A stretch of DNA of 64,000 nucleotides from Bdellovibrionales bacterium (GCA_041739415.1 JBGSNU010000038.1:27155-91154); one strand, 5' to 3'. Positions 41,695 through 50,696 are shown, counted from the stretch's first letter. Made by a program: numbers and translations. Notes: generated by a model from the letters alone, not told the origin.

Positions 41695-42671
41695 AGAAGG
41701 GCTTGAGGGTTGTGTTTTGGTCGCTCGTGCTAGGCTTTAGCAGCATTGCACTTGTTGTAGTATTCATTGCGGCGTCGCTGCTACTTTTGCCAGACATCCA
41801 GCAGCTTGAAAAGTGCTTCACCACGTCGATGTTCTCAGTCAACCTGTGTCCCACTTCGAACAACTACGTCAAGCTTCAGCAGATTTCGCCCTTTGCCATT
41901 CATGCCATCGTTGCATCTGAGGACGGCTCTTTTTACTCGCACAAAGGCTTTGACTGGCATGAACTTGAGCAAAGCTTCAATGCCAATCTTCGCTCTGGCA
42001 AAATACAGCGCGGCGGCTCGACGCTCACTCAGCAGTTGGCTAAAAATGCATTCTTGTCACAAGAGAAAAGCTACTGGCGAAAAGTCAAAGAGGCCTACTT
42101 GGCTTACACAATTGAGCAGAAGTACTCTAAGAGTTTTATTTTAGAGAAGTATTTAAACGTTGTTGAGTTTGGCCCAAATCTATATGGAATTAAGGCTGCC
42201 GCTCGCCACTACTTTCACAAGAGTCCGAGCGAGCTCAATCCGCTCGAGTCTGCCTATTTGGCTTTTCTCTTGCCCAATCCAAAGGTCTATAGCAAAAGCT
42301 TTCGATCTGGACAGCTGACCCCCTTCGGTCGAAAAATGGTCAATGTGATTCTCCGCCGAATGAACTCGTTTGGTAAACTCTCCCCGGCCGCGTACCATTT
42401 AGCAGTCGCCCAGTTGCCGAATTTCCCATGGACTGGCTTGAGTAAAGACGCTTTTCTGGGGGCCCCGAGCTACAGCTTAGAGGCAAACAAGCCGCAAGTG
42501 GACCTCCCCAACGACTCTATTTTGGATGAAGAGGCACTTGAGGAACTGTTAAAAGAAGAAGAGGCTCGATTGCACAAGCCCCCCGTTAACGAAGTGCCGG
42601 CAGAAGCTCAATCGAGTGAACCGACTTATCCACCGCCCACGGAGACAGAAGAAGAAGTTGAAATTGAATAG
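41691..42671 (+). CDS. mtgA: Monofunctional peptidoglycan transglycosylase (GT51)
   Basis: SEDGSFYSHKGFD, GGSTLTQQLAKN, RKVKE, ILEKYLN; no transpeptidase domain; acidic tail. Confidence 0.85.
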   Translation: MKKGLRVVFWSLVLGFSSIALVVVFIAASLLLLPDIQQLEKCFTTSMFSVNLCPTSNNYVKLQQISPFAIHAIVASEDGSFYSHKGFDWHELEQSFNANLRSGKIQRGGSTLTQQLAKNAFLSQEKSYWRKVKEAYLAYTIEQKYSKSFILEKYLNVVEFGPNLYGIKAAARHYFHKSPSELNPLESAYLAFLLPNPKVYSKSFRSGQLTPFGRKMVNVILRRMNSFGKLSPAAYHLAVAQLPNFPWTGLSKDAFLGAPSYSLEANKPQVDLPNDSILDEEALEELLKEEEARLHKPPVNEVPAEAQSSEPTYPPPTETEEEVEIE

Positions 42672-42680
42672 ACCCGCAGC

Positions 42681-43697
42681 CTAGCCGTGGCCACCCATTA
42701 GAAAAGGCTCATGGCTTGTGTCTGCAGGCTGAGCATCGTTCAGCTCTTGAAAGAAGCCATAAATTCGCCCCAACACATCCGTCCGCCCCTGCAGCTGAAA
42801 TAAGTCTTTGCGAAACTGCGCGGCGCCTGGGTACCCGGCAGAAAACCACGCCGCAAACTTTCGCATTTGCAACAGCAGCAGCCGCTCGTCATAGAAGTCC
42901 TCAAGGTGCACTTGCAATCGCTGCAAAACCTCATCGAGTCCAGTTCTCACGCCGTCCCCAACTCCACTGCGCGCCTGAAGAAAAATGCGAGGATTCTTTA
43001 AACACCCACGCCCTATCATCACACCGTCACACCCGCTTTCACCTAAGCGTGAGCGAGCCAGTCCAGGCGAAGTGATATCGCCATTGCCCAATATGGGGAG
43101 CGGGCTGCTTTGCTTGATATCACGGATATATTCCCAGTCTGCAAGCCCGGTGTAGGCAGCCGCACGGGTCCGACCATGAATCGCCACCCAAGTCACACCC
43201 TCGTCAAAGGCCAATTGCGCCACTTCTGCTGTGTTGCGAGTCAAAGCGTCCCAACCCGTTCGCACTTTAATAGTTACGGGAATCTGAACTGCAGACCGAG
43301 TCGCTCGGACCACATCGCGGAGTTTGTTTAAATCTTTTAGGCAAGCCGACCCTGCCCCCTTGTTCACCACTTTCGGGACAGGACAACCAAAGTTAAGATC
43401 TACAAAGTCGGCTCCCATTTGCTCCACCACGCGTGCGGCCTCGCTGAGGTGCTCAAGTGTTTCACCAAAAAGCTGGATTCCCACCGGGTGTTGCGTGTGA
43501 TCAAACTCCATTAGTTTACGGGTTTTTTGGCTGGAGTACTTGAGGCCAGTCGCACTCACCAGCTCACTGACTACGATTCCACAGCCCATTTCACGCATAA
43601 AAGAGCGAAACGGCTTATCCGTTATTCCCGCCATAGGAGCCAAAACAAACGGATTATCGCGCAAATTTTTTAATAATTCTTCGGATGTCACAGCCAT
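42681..43697 (-). CDS. dusB: tRNA-dihydrouridine synthase
   Basis: LAPMAGITD, DLNFGCP, TIKVRTGW, HGRT, GNGD, MIGRG. Confidence 0.92.
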   Translation of the reverse strand: MAVTSEELLKNLRDNPFVLAPMAGITDKPFRSFMREMGCGIVVSELVSATGLKYSSQKTRKLMEFDHTQHPVGIQLFGETLEHLSEAARVVEQMGADFVDLNFGCPVPKVVNKGAGSACLKDLNKLRDVVRATRSAVQIPVTIKVRTGWDALTRNTAEVAQLAFDEGVTWVAIHGRTRAAAYTGLADWEYIRDIKQSSPLPILGNGDITSPGLARSRLGESGCDGVMIGRGCLKNPRIFLQARSGVGDGVRTGLDEVLQRLQVHLEDFYDERLLLLQMRKFAAWFSAGYPGAAQFRKDLFQLQGRTDVLGRIYGFFQELNDAQPADTSHEPFLMGGHG

Positions 43698-43892
43698 CTT
43701 GTAGTCGCAATTGACGACGATGTCATGCCTCAGCTTCGCCGCAGAGGCAGTAGAGCCACTATTTTCTCAAAAAACATCTCTTCACTATCTACATCGACGG
43801 AGACTTAAAACCCGAGTTTGGAAATTTTTCTAAGACAAAAGGAGTTGGAATCTGCTAGGATCAAATTGAACCCTTAGAAAAGCGAGGTTTTT

Positions 43893-44186
43893 ATGTTGGC
43901 AGAAGATTTCAAAGTAAAATTTAAAGGATTCGAACCAACTAAAGATATGCTCTCGATGCTTGATTCTTTGCTCAATGATTTGCACCTCAAATCTCCCAGT
44001 CGGTCATTTCTCTCGGCGACGTTCACTCTGACAAACGGTATTTTTGAAGGCGCAATTAAAATCACGTCGACCGCTGAAAACTTTGTCGTGAACGCAAAGG
44101 ACGCGACAATTGGTGGCCTTCGGCATCAGCTAGTCGACAAGCTTGGCCGACAACTCAAAGAGTGGAAGAAGCTGCGCTTCGACTAA
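43893..44186 (+). CDS. Small protein, possible HPF/RaiA-like fold
   Basis: GAGG RBS; 97 aa; beta-alpha-beta-beta-beta-alpha pattern ending LVDKLGRQLKEWK. Confidence 0.55.
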   Translation: MLAEDFKVKFKGFEPTKDMLSMLDSLLNDLHLKSPSRSFLSATFTLTNGIFEGAIKITSTAENFVVNAKDATIGGLRHQLVDKLGRQLKEWKKLRFD

Positions 44187-44332
44187 CGTCGCCCTGAGCG
44201 CTGTCACTCTTTTCTCTATCCAAACAAATTCTTATATAGCCGTAGACCTTCAACCTGAGCTTCTGGCCTTAGATCTACGGTGCAATGCTAGAACTTTTGC
44301 CATTCTCCAGTTACCTAACCAAAATCTGACAT

Positions 44333-45793
44333 ATGAATATTCAACTCGCTCGTCCAAACTTGCCACTGCTGGCAATTCTGTTCTGCTCTACGACATTTGC
44401 GGCACAGGCCTCACAACCAGAGGACTGGCCGGCACAGATGTCGTCAGCACTTCCAACGCGCGCAGCACCCCCACTAGACATTGCAGATCACGTGTCACGC
44501 GATTGGCAAAAAAGTCGACAGCACTCATCTAGCAATGCTCCTGATCGTGGTTATGGAGTCGTTTGGGTGCGAGTCTTCCCTATCATCTCAGTGCCGCTGA
44601 GTGACCCCTATCCGCAGACAGCCAACATACACAATATTAGTTTTGAATCCACCCGACCCCTAGAGATACGCTCCCTCGGCACTGGGCAAGTGCTTGGGCG
44701 CAGCTCCCGTTTGGACTTAGACTTTAGCAAGGCGACATTCAAAATTGGCAACTCGACTGTTCCACTCGAACCCTTGTGGGTGACAACTGAAGACGGCCAC
44801 CTCACGACCCTGCGCTGGGATCGACCGCAAAATGTGACCCCTCAGAGCTCAAAAGAAGTTGGTCTCAAAGTTCGAGGACAGTTTGTCATAAAGCCTACCG
44901 TTTACGAGTCCGACGGCAATGGTAAGCCGCAAAGCCTTGGTCAGCAGCTCTGGTCCGTGATCAACACTGTCGCCATTGACGACTACATTCGGTCTGTCGT
45001 TCCATCAGAGGTGATTAGCTCCTGGGCCACAGAGACTCTTAAGGCCCAGGCGATAGCGGCCCGCACGTATGGACTTTACGAAATTGCCGAGGCTAGGTCA
45101 CGCCAGTCCCCTTGGGATGTGGATCCGACGACCTGGTTTCAAAGCTATCAAGGCGTTGAATTTTGGGACCGACAAAAAAATAACTGGCGAAAAATCGAAT
45201 CTGAAAAAACCACACTGGCCGTCAATGCCACGCTAGGCGAAGTCATCACCCACCAAGGTCAAGTCATCAAAGCCTACTTCTCTGCAAATTCAGGAGGAGT
45301 AACCTGCACGGCGAGTGAATGCTTCAACCTACCGGATCAGCCCTATCTCCATCAAGTCGCCGATGCAAATGGCATTCGCAAAGCCCCGGGCGGAACCTGG
45401 GGTTCAAAAGCCAACCTCACTGCACAAAGTATTTACGACCGATTGGTCATGATGGGCATCCAACCTAAGTCGCCCGTCGACCGCATAGAGTCTTTACGAC
45501 GGGGCCAGAGCGGCAGAACTTGGCAACTCCGCGTGCACCTCCGCTCTGGTGCTACCATTGATTTAACTCCGCTCGAAACACGTCGCATGATGAGTCTGTT
45601 TGGTCCTATCCGAAGTTTTCTCTACACGTTGGGGCAAGTGGAAGCGGACGGCAAGCAAAGTGTGGTGGGGCACGGCTTTGGCCACGGCGTAGGACTGTCA
45701 CAATGGGGAGCTCAACTGTTCGCCGCTGAGGGCTGGAGTGCACATCGCATCTTGCGCTATTACTACCACAAAGTGGAAATCTCAAAACTCTAG
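44333..45793 (+). CDS. SpoIID/LytB-domain lytic transglycosylase
   Basis: YIRSVVPSE, LKAQAIAARTY, QSYQG, GHGFGHGVGLSQWGA, ILRYYY. Confidence 0.93.
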   Translation: MNIQLARPNLPLLAILFCSTTFAAQASQPEDWPAQMSSALPTRAAPPLDIADHVSRDWQKSRQHSSSNAPDRGYGVVWVRVFPIISVPLSDPYPQTANIHNISFESTRPLEIRSLGTGQVLGRSSRLDLDFSKATFKIGNSTVPLEPLWVTTEDGHLTTLRWDRPQNVTPQSSKEVGLKVRGQFVIKPTVYESDGNGKPQSLGQQLWSVINTVAIDDYIRSVVPSEVISSWATETLKAQAIAARTYGLYEIAEARSRQSPWDVDPTTWFQSYQGVEFWDRQKNNWRKIESEKTTLAVNATLGEVITHQGQVIKAYFSANSGGVTCTASECFNLPDQPYLHQVADANGIRKAPGGTWGSKANLTAQSIYDRLVMMGIQPKSPVDRIESLRRGQSGRTWQLRVHLRSGATIDLTPLETRRMMSLFGPIRSFLYTLGQVEADGKQSVVGHGFGHGVGLSQWGAQLFAAEGWSAHRILRYYYHKVEISKL

Positions 45794-46236
45794 TGACCAC
45801 TCCTTTGGAGTTTGCTAAATCAACGCCAATGGACAAAGTTTTACTAGCGTTTATTCCGCTCTACATACTTTTTATTCTTTGCCTTGGGATGATCATGTTC
45901 CGCCGTCGCCTTCGCGCTGTAAAAGCGGGGGCAATCCCCGTGCAATATTTTAAGGCCTACGGCGGCGAGGTACCCGAGGACTTGAAGGTCTTGCAAAATC
46001 ACTTTTCAAATCAGTTCGAAGTGCCGGTGTTGTTTTTCGTAACCTGCTTAGCTGCAGTTCAGATGGGTGCCGTTAGAGAGGTAACACTCACTCTAGCCCT
46101 GATCTTTTTTGTCTCGCGAGTGGTCCACAGCTTTATCCACCTTGGTCACAACAAGCCTCTAAATCGAGCCCGAGCTTACTTTGTGGGCGTCATTGTTCTC
46201 GTCATCATGTGGATACAAATTTTGCTATTTGCTTGA
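45793..46236 (+). CDS. MAPEG-family membrane protein
   Basis: NHFSNQFEVPVLFF, SRVVHSFIH. Confidence 0.85.
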   Translation: MTTPLEFAKSTPMDKVLLAFIPLYILFILCLGMIMFRRRLRAVKAGAIPVQYFKAYGGEVPEDLKVLQNHFSNQFEVPVLFFVTCLAAVQMGAVREVTLTLALIFFVSRVVHSFIHLGHNKPLNRARAYFVGVIVLVIMWIQILLFA

Positions 46237-46287
46237 GCTCGCTTGTATTTTAGCAGCTGCTGGGCCCGTAGGCCGAAGCCAATGAAT

Positions 46288-47280
46288 TCAGGCGGCGATT
46301 TTGCCTCGATGTAAGTTCCAAATGCGTTGCACCGGTGGAGACTGATCATTCGCGATCGACTGCAGAAGGTCGTCATCTCGATCTGCTGAAACCGATAAAT
46401 AAAGATGTAATGCTGCCGCTCGGACGTTGGCATCGGTATGCTCCAAGCACCCCTTTGCCACTTGAGAAACAACCGGGTCCCCCGTCTCTTGCAACAGCCT
46501 TAAGATATAAATTAAAGTTTCACTCTCAAAGTCTCGCTGACTTGTAACCAACCACTGAATGATCACTTGCCGATCATCTGGTTTTGTCACCTTGAGCAGC
46601 GACACCACAAAAGCTTTCACAACTGTGGCCCGGGTTTCCCACCGCAGGCTATCCATAACAAATTGTGGCCCATGAATCCGAATCCAATTGGTCGCCAGCT
46701 GGCTGAGCATACGCAAGTCACTAAACATTCGCTCTCGTATCTCGAGCAGCAATCCCTTGTTGTTTAGTTCATCCTTCAGCCCACTAATGGCCAAGATTGC
46801 AGCACTCGCCACAAGGTCATTTGGATCTCTTCGCATATGCCAAAAGACCGGAGCTGCCAACTTTAGATCGAGCAGAGCTAAGTTTGAAATCCCGCGCAGT
46901 CTCACAGACCAGCGCTCTGAGCTGCACATGTCTTGATCACCATTGGCCAGTTCTAAGCGGCAGTAGGCAATAACTAGCTGCTCCTTTTGGGCCGGAGAAA
47001 TTTTTAGAAAGTGCTTTTGCATCGCCTGCCTCAAAGCCTCTTGCCGAACGTAATCGTTGGCCGCAGGTAAGCCGAGGGACTGCGCCATGGCCTCTGAGTT
47101 CAGGTTTTGCTCAAGCCCTGATTGAATGAGCTGATGATACAGATGAGTGAGGTGAGCCAACCGCTTTGTTCGGACCTCACTGCGCCAGATGCTCAGTGGG
47201 ATCAACACCACCACAAGCACGGCCAGCAACGTCGGAATCAACGTCCATAGCGTTCCAAAATTAAATGCCAAGTTGCTCAA
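46288..47280 (-). CDS. Membrane-anchored HEAT-repeat protein
   Basis: N-terminal TM; repeats DPNDLVASAA, HTDANVRAAA, DQSPPVQR; GGAG RBS before TTG. Confidence 0.75.
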   Translation of the reverse strand: MSNLAFNFGTLWTLIPTLLAVLVVVLIPLSIWRSEVRTKRLAHLTHLYHQLIQSGLEQNLNSEAMAQSLGLPAANDYVRQEALRQAMQKHFLKISPAQKEQLVIAYCRLELANGDQDMCSSERWSVRLRGISNLALLDLKLAAPVFWHMRRDPNDLVASAAILAISGLKDELNNKGLLLEIRERMFSDLRMLSQLATNWIRIHGPQFVMDSLRWETRATVVKAFVVSLLKVTKPDDRQVIIQWLVTSQRDFESETLIYILRLLQETGDPVVSQVAKGCLEHTDANVRAAALHLYLSVSADRDDDLLQSIANDQSPPVQRIWNLHRGKIAA

Positions 47281-47301
47281 ATCAACTCCATATCCATGAG
47301 C

Positions 47302-47328
47302 TTATCGGCAAATCTTCAGTGTTTTTAA
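47302..47328 (-). promoter_or_regulatory. Putative sigma28 (FliA) promoter
   Basis: Minus strand TTAAA-14 nt-GCCGATAA: perfect -10, spacer one short of the TAAA-N15 consensus. Confidence 0.5.
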
Positions 47329-47447
47329 TGGCCAGACCCTGGCCTAGGAGTAGCTCGACTGTCAGCCCTGGAAGGCGCGTGAGATTGTTCTCCACGCCAG
47401 TCTAGGTGCAGGACCAAAGGCCACCGAGGTCTGGCGGCGGGCAAAGT

Positions 47448-48863
47448 TTAGTTCGCCAAATCCAAAAACATTTTGTCTAACTTGCCCAGATCAAAGCGCA
47501 GACGCCCGGCTTTTTCATGTCCGACTAAGATCGCTGTCGCGCTTTTGGTGTTTTCCACAATGTAATCCACTTGGCTTTCAGTCAAAGTGAACTCCGCTCG
47601 CAGTTGCTGAAAGATCGGACCCTGCGATTGAAAGTCGGCGTTTAAGGCCAACAGCCTAGCATAGGTATCTTGATCTATGTGACGTAGGCTCTCCAACATT
47701 TTTGTGACCTTGGTGTAATTGCGATATTGTTTCTTCCCACCAGCGTCGTTGTCATTGACTCGTGTGCGCTGAACCAAATGGGTTTTAGCGCCTTCCACCA
47801 TGTCGGGGAATTCGACGTCTTTCATAGCACTACGGGGCAAATCCGAGTCGAGCTTTTTTGATTTCACGTTGCCGCTGGCATCCGCCCAGTAGTAGTACCA
47901 ATCGTAGTCAATGTTGCCGATGCGATCCTGCTGACTAAAAATATAATCCAAGATCACAATTTCCGTAAGATCTCGCATCCACAAGGCCATCTGAAAATCT
48001 GAAGCCCCGCCACCCATCGCTTGGCGCATCGCTGAACTCTTTTGTGCATCGGCTAATCCGACCGCGATCGCTTCAACTAAAGGTCGGTCTGTACGGAGTG
48101 CCGTAAACCCGGGAGTCTCTTGAAATTCATAGTTTTGTTTTTCACCCCATTTGGAGCGAACGCCATTAAACTCAGGCCCGTATCGCTCACCACCGCCGTC
48201 ACCCATCGAACCAAAGATCTGTTGATTCGAATCGGTAAAGAGCTCTGAGGTTGGCTCATAAATTTGCGGATTCTTCTCCGAGCGGTAGAGCCAATCCCAA
48301 CCTGCGCGAATCATTTTGGACTGACCCATCTTTTGCTCATGCGCCTTTTTGGTCACTCGCGCAAAATGACTGTCCTTGTCCATCGAGCGATAAACACTGA
48401 CTGGGACCTTTATCTGCGCATCGAAATACCGTGAAAAGTGAAAGTACAGCAACGACGATGGCGAGAATGTCCCGCTCGTACCCGACTGATGCATGGACTG
48501 TTTATATTTGGTCAATTTTTTGTGACCGCTCTTCGAACCGCCGCATTTGCTTTGGCTCTCATACTCGCGCTGCCCCAGCCCTGAGGCTTCAAGACTGTAC
48601 ACCATTGTACCTGGGCTGGTGCTCCAGGTCTTAGGGCAAAGAGCAATTTTTGTGGTGTCATAGAAATCTATCGAGCAAAGTTCTGTGGCATCAGCTTGGT
48701 CTTTTTTGGAGTATTTCCCACCGGGCAGTGGGCTAAGAATCCGACACTCCTCCGTCCGACCATTGGGCGAGGCAAACGTCGTTGTCACCAAGGCCGAAGC
48801 GTCGAATGAAACAACCAGGGAGGCCAGAACCACAGAAACTATTGAGCCACTTGTTTTACGCAC
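47448..48863 (-). CDS. Secreted atypical kinase-like protein (Fam20/Four-jointed/PI4K-like fold)
   Basis: Signal peptide ending ASA; KYK; YFHFSRYF...VPVSVYR; ILDYIFSQQDRIGN; NDNDAG; AAGGAG RBS. Confidence 0.7.
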   Translation of the reverse strand: MRKTSGSIVSVVLASLVVSFDASALVTTTFASPNGRTEECRILSPLPGGKYSKKDQADATELCSIDFYDTTKIALCPKTWSTSPGTMVYSLEASGLGQREYESQSKCGGSKSGHKKLTKYKQSMHQSGTSGTFSPSSLLYFHFSRYFDAQIKVPVSVYRSMDKDSHFARVTKKAHEQKMGQSKMIRAGWDWLYRSEKNPQIYEPTSELFTDSNQQIFGSMGDGGGERYGPEFNGVRSKWGEKQNYEFQETPGFTALRTDRPLVEAIAVGLADAQKSSAMRQAMGGGASDFQMALWMRDLTEIVILDYIFSQQDRIGNIDYDWYYYWADASGNVKSKKLDSDLPRSAMKDVEFPDMVEGAKTHLVQRTRVNDNDAGGKKQYRNYTKVTKMLESLRHIDQDTYARLLALNADFQSQGPIFQQLRAEFTLTESQVDYIVENTKSATAILVGHEKAGRLRFDLGKLDKMFLDLAN

Positions 48864-48894
48864 ACAAACTCCTTGTTAAATATACAAAATTTAC

Positions 48895-49440
48895 TTAGTT
48901 AGCGGAGGGACAGCCCTGCACCACTCCACCCGTTGCGCTAAGCTTGGCGATAATTGCGGCCAATTCGTTGATCCGCTTCTGTGACAACGAGCCCTTTGGA
49001 ATGCCTTTTTTGAAATATTCCGCGGCCTGTGGGCCAGAGAAGCCACAGGTTCTTGTCAACGCGGCAGAGGCTACGAACTTTGAGGCATGAACTCCATACC
49101 AGCAGTGAATCAGAACCTTCTCACCTTTGCGAATAGCCGGCTCAATCTCATTTAGGGTGGAGTCAAACTTCTTCCAATCATTCATACTTCTGTAGGAGAT
49201 CGTTCGGCCCCCGCTGCACTGGACCGTTTGCGGCTTAGCGCCCGCGTAGGTGAAGATGGCTTTGGTGTAACCTTGTTCGCAGAGGTCATTTAAGGTCGAC
49301 GTGCTAAAGGCTGAACGGTTGGTTGAGCCCGAAATCGACAACTTGCCCTGAATGATTGTAGAGAGGCGCTCCACAGTCTGCGCTGAAACTTGAGTTGAAA
49401 AAGCTGCGACTCCTAAAGCTAGTACGATCCACTTTGCCAC
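48895..49440 (-). CDS. Secreted dual-specificity phosphatase-fold protein with variant P-loop
   Basis: Signal peptide ending VSA; GEKVLIHCWYGVHAS...AAL...GFSGPQA; AGGAG RBS before GTG 49440. Confidence 0.75.
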   Translation of the reverse strand: MAKWIVLALGVAAFSTQVSAQTVERLSTIIQGKLSISGSTNRSAFSTSTLNDLCEQGYTKAIFTYAGAKPQTVQCSGGRTISYRSMNDWKKFDSTLNEIEPAIRKGEKVLIHCWYGVHASKFVASAALTRTCGFSGPQAAEYFKKGIPKGSLSQKRINELAAIIAKLSATGGVVQGCPSAN

Positions 49441-49650
49441 TGATTTCTCCTGAGTAGAAATGGGATGAAGGCTAAACATATAAACGGCAATGCCGCCGAA
49501 CCAAAGGTCCAATCAACCAATTGAAAAGAGTTCGTATTTTTGAATTTCTTATCGTTCGCAGTGGGCTCAGAGAAACGCTGCGTTGTTCAGTCGCCACTTG
49601 CCTTTGTCGCGCTAAATGTCTAAACGTAGCGTTCCAAGTTTTGGTTAGGT

Positions 49651-49727
49651 GCGCTCGTAGCTCAGTTGGATAGAGTACTTGACTACGAATCAAGTGGTCG
49701 GAGGTTCAAATCCTTCCGGGCGCGCCA
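49651..49727 (+). tRNA. tRNA-Arg(ACG)
   Basis: GCGCTCG...CTTGA-CT-ACG-AA-TCAAG...GGTTCAAATCC...CGGGCGCGCCA. Confidence 0.97.
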
Positions 49728-49769
49728 TTTTTACCGAACCGTTTGACCACTTGCGAAAGGCCACTCCCG

Positions 49770-50270
49770 ATGGGCATTCTCTACTGGGTTCGCGTTGGAG
49801 TCATGACCCTCACCCTGCTCTTAATTGCCTCAATCATTTATTCCCAACAGAAGGGCCAGTCCGCCCTGCAGAACTTCACCAATGTGTTTTTTTCGGCACC
49901 CACCGATGGACGGCACAAGGTTGTTCTGTGCCCCACTCGAGTCAAATCCATCCAGTTCCCCAGCGGCGCCACACTCGAGCAAGCCGGAATGGACTGGGCC
50001 CGCACCCAAAACAACGGCCAACAGATCTTAGACACCATCGGCCTAGAGAAGTGGTTCGGCCGCTACTGCACAATCAACGCCGAGCTTGCCCCAACCTCCG
50101 CCCTCCTCTCCCCAGGCCTTGAGACCCTAGCAACCTGGCGCTATATCCAGGGCGAAGATCAACTGCTCCAAAAAAACACAGCCGGAGTCTACGTCTGGCA
50201 AAATGTAGCCTTCATTTCCCCCACACTAGACACCGCCCTCCAAGAACTCGAAGCTCTAATCTCCGAGTAA
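49770..50270 (+). CDS. Membrane-anchored hypothetical protein
   Basis: N-terminal TM, two Cys, fills the gap between the two tRNAs. Confidence 0.6.
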   Translation: MGILYWVRVGVMTLTLLLIASIIYSQQKGQSALQNFTNVFFSAPTDGRHKVVLCPTRVKSIQFPSGATLEQAGMDWARTQNNGQQILDTIGLEKWFGRYCTINAELAPTSALLSPGLETLATWRYIQGEDQLLQKNTAGVYVWQNVAFISPTLDTALQELEALISE

Positions 50271-50323
50271 CGGACTAGAGTTTGACATCCCCCCCACCTT
50301 TCCATAATTATAGTAACTCTTGT

Positions 50324-50399
50324 TCAGGCGTAGCTCAGTTGGTAGAGCAAGCGGCTGTTAACCGCTTTGTCGGGGGTTCGAGTCCCTCCGCCTGAGCCA
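50324..50399 (+). tRNA. tRNA-Asn(GTT)
   Basis: TCAGGCG...GCGG-CT-GTT-AA-CCGC...GGTTCGAGTCC...CGCCTGAGCCA; TTGACA at 50282 upstream. Confidence 0.97.
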
Positions 50400-50458
50400 A
50401 CTGAACAAAAATAAAAAAGTAAAATTCCAAAAAAAATACAGTTGAAGAAAAACCGCAA

Positions 50459-50616
50459 AGGCGGAGGGACTCGAAGAGAGTGCGCGTACCCGTTTGCAAT
50501 CCGAGCAACGCGAGGATTGTAACCGGGGCGGCAGGCCCGGACGGCCTGACGAGCGCACGCCCCCGGCTGCGGGGCGATTTGCCAGGAAGGCAAATCGCGG
50601 GAGCACCGAGCCCCTC
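50459..50616 (+). repeat. tRNA-linked multi-hairpin element beginning with a 17-nt inverted copy of the tRNA-Asn 3' half
   Basis: 50459-50475 is the exact reverse complement of 50377-50393; several internal hairpins; closing stem 50464-50473/50607-50616. Confidence 0.8.
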
Positions 50617-50696
50617 TTGAAGCTGCATCTATCCGTATCGGTGCTGCATCACATTGCCCTTTTCAGGTAATGGTCGCAGCTTTCGGGTCATAACTT

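Noticed and set aside
47360-47382. GTCAGCCCTGGAAGG as SRP RNA helix 8
   Set aside because: Lacks the CAGG...GGAA...AGCAG internal-loop consensus.
50324-50628. Three minus-strand ORFs over tRNA-Asn
   Set aside because: Shadow translations of the tRNA and the GC-rich hairpin element.
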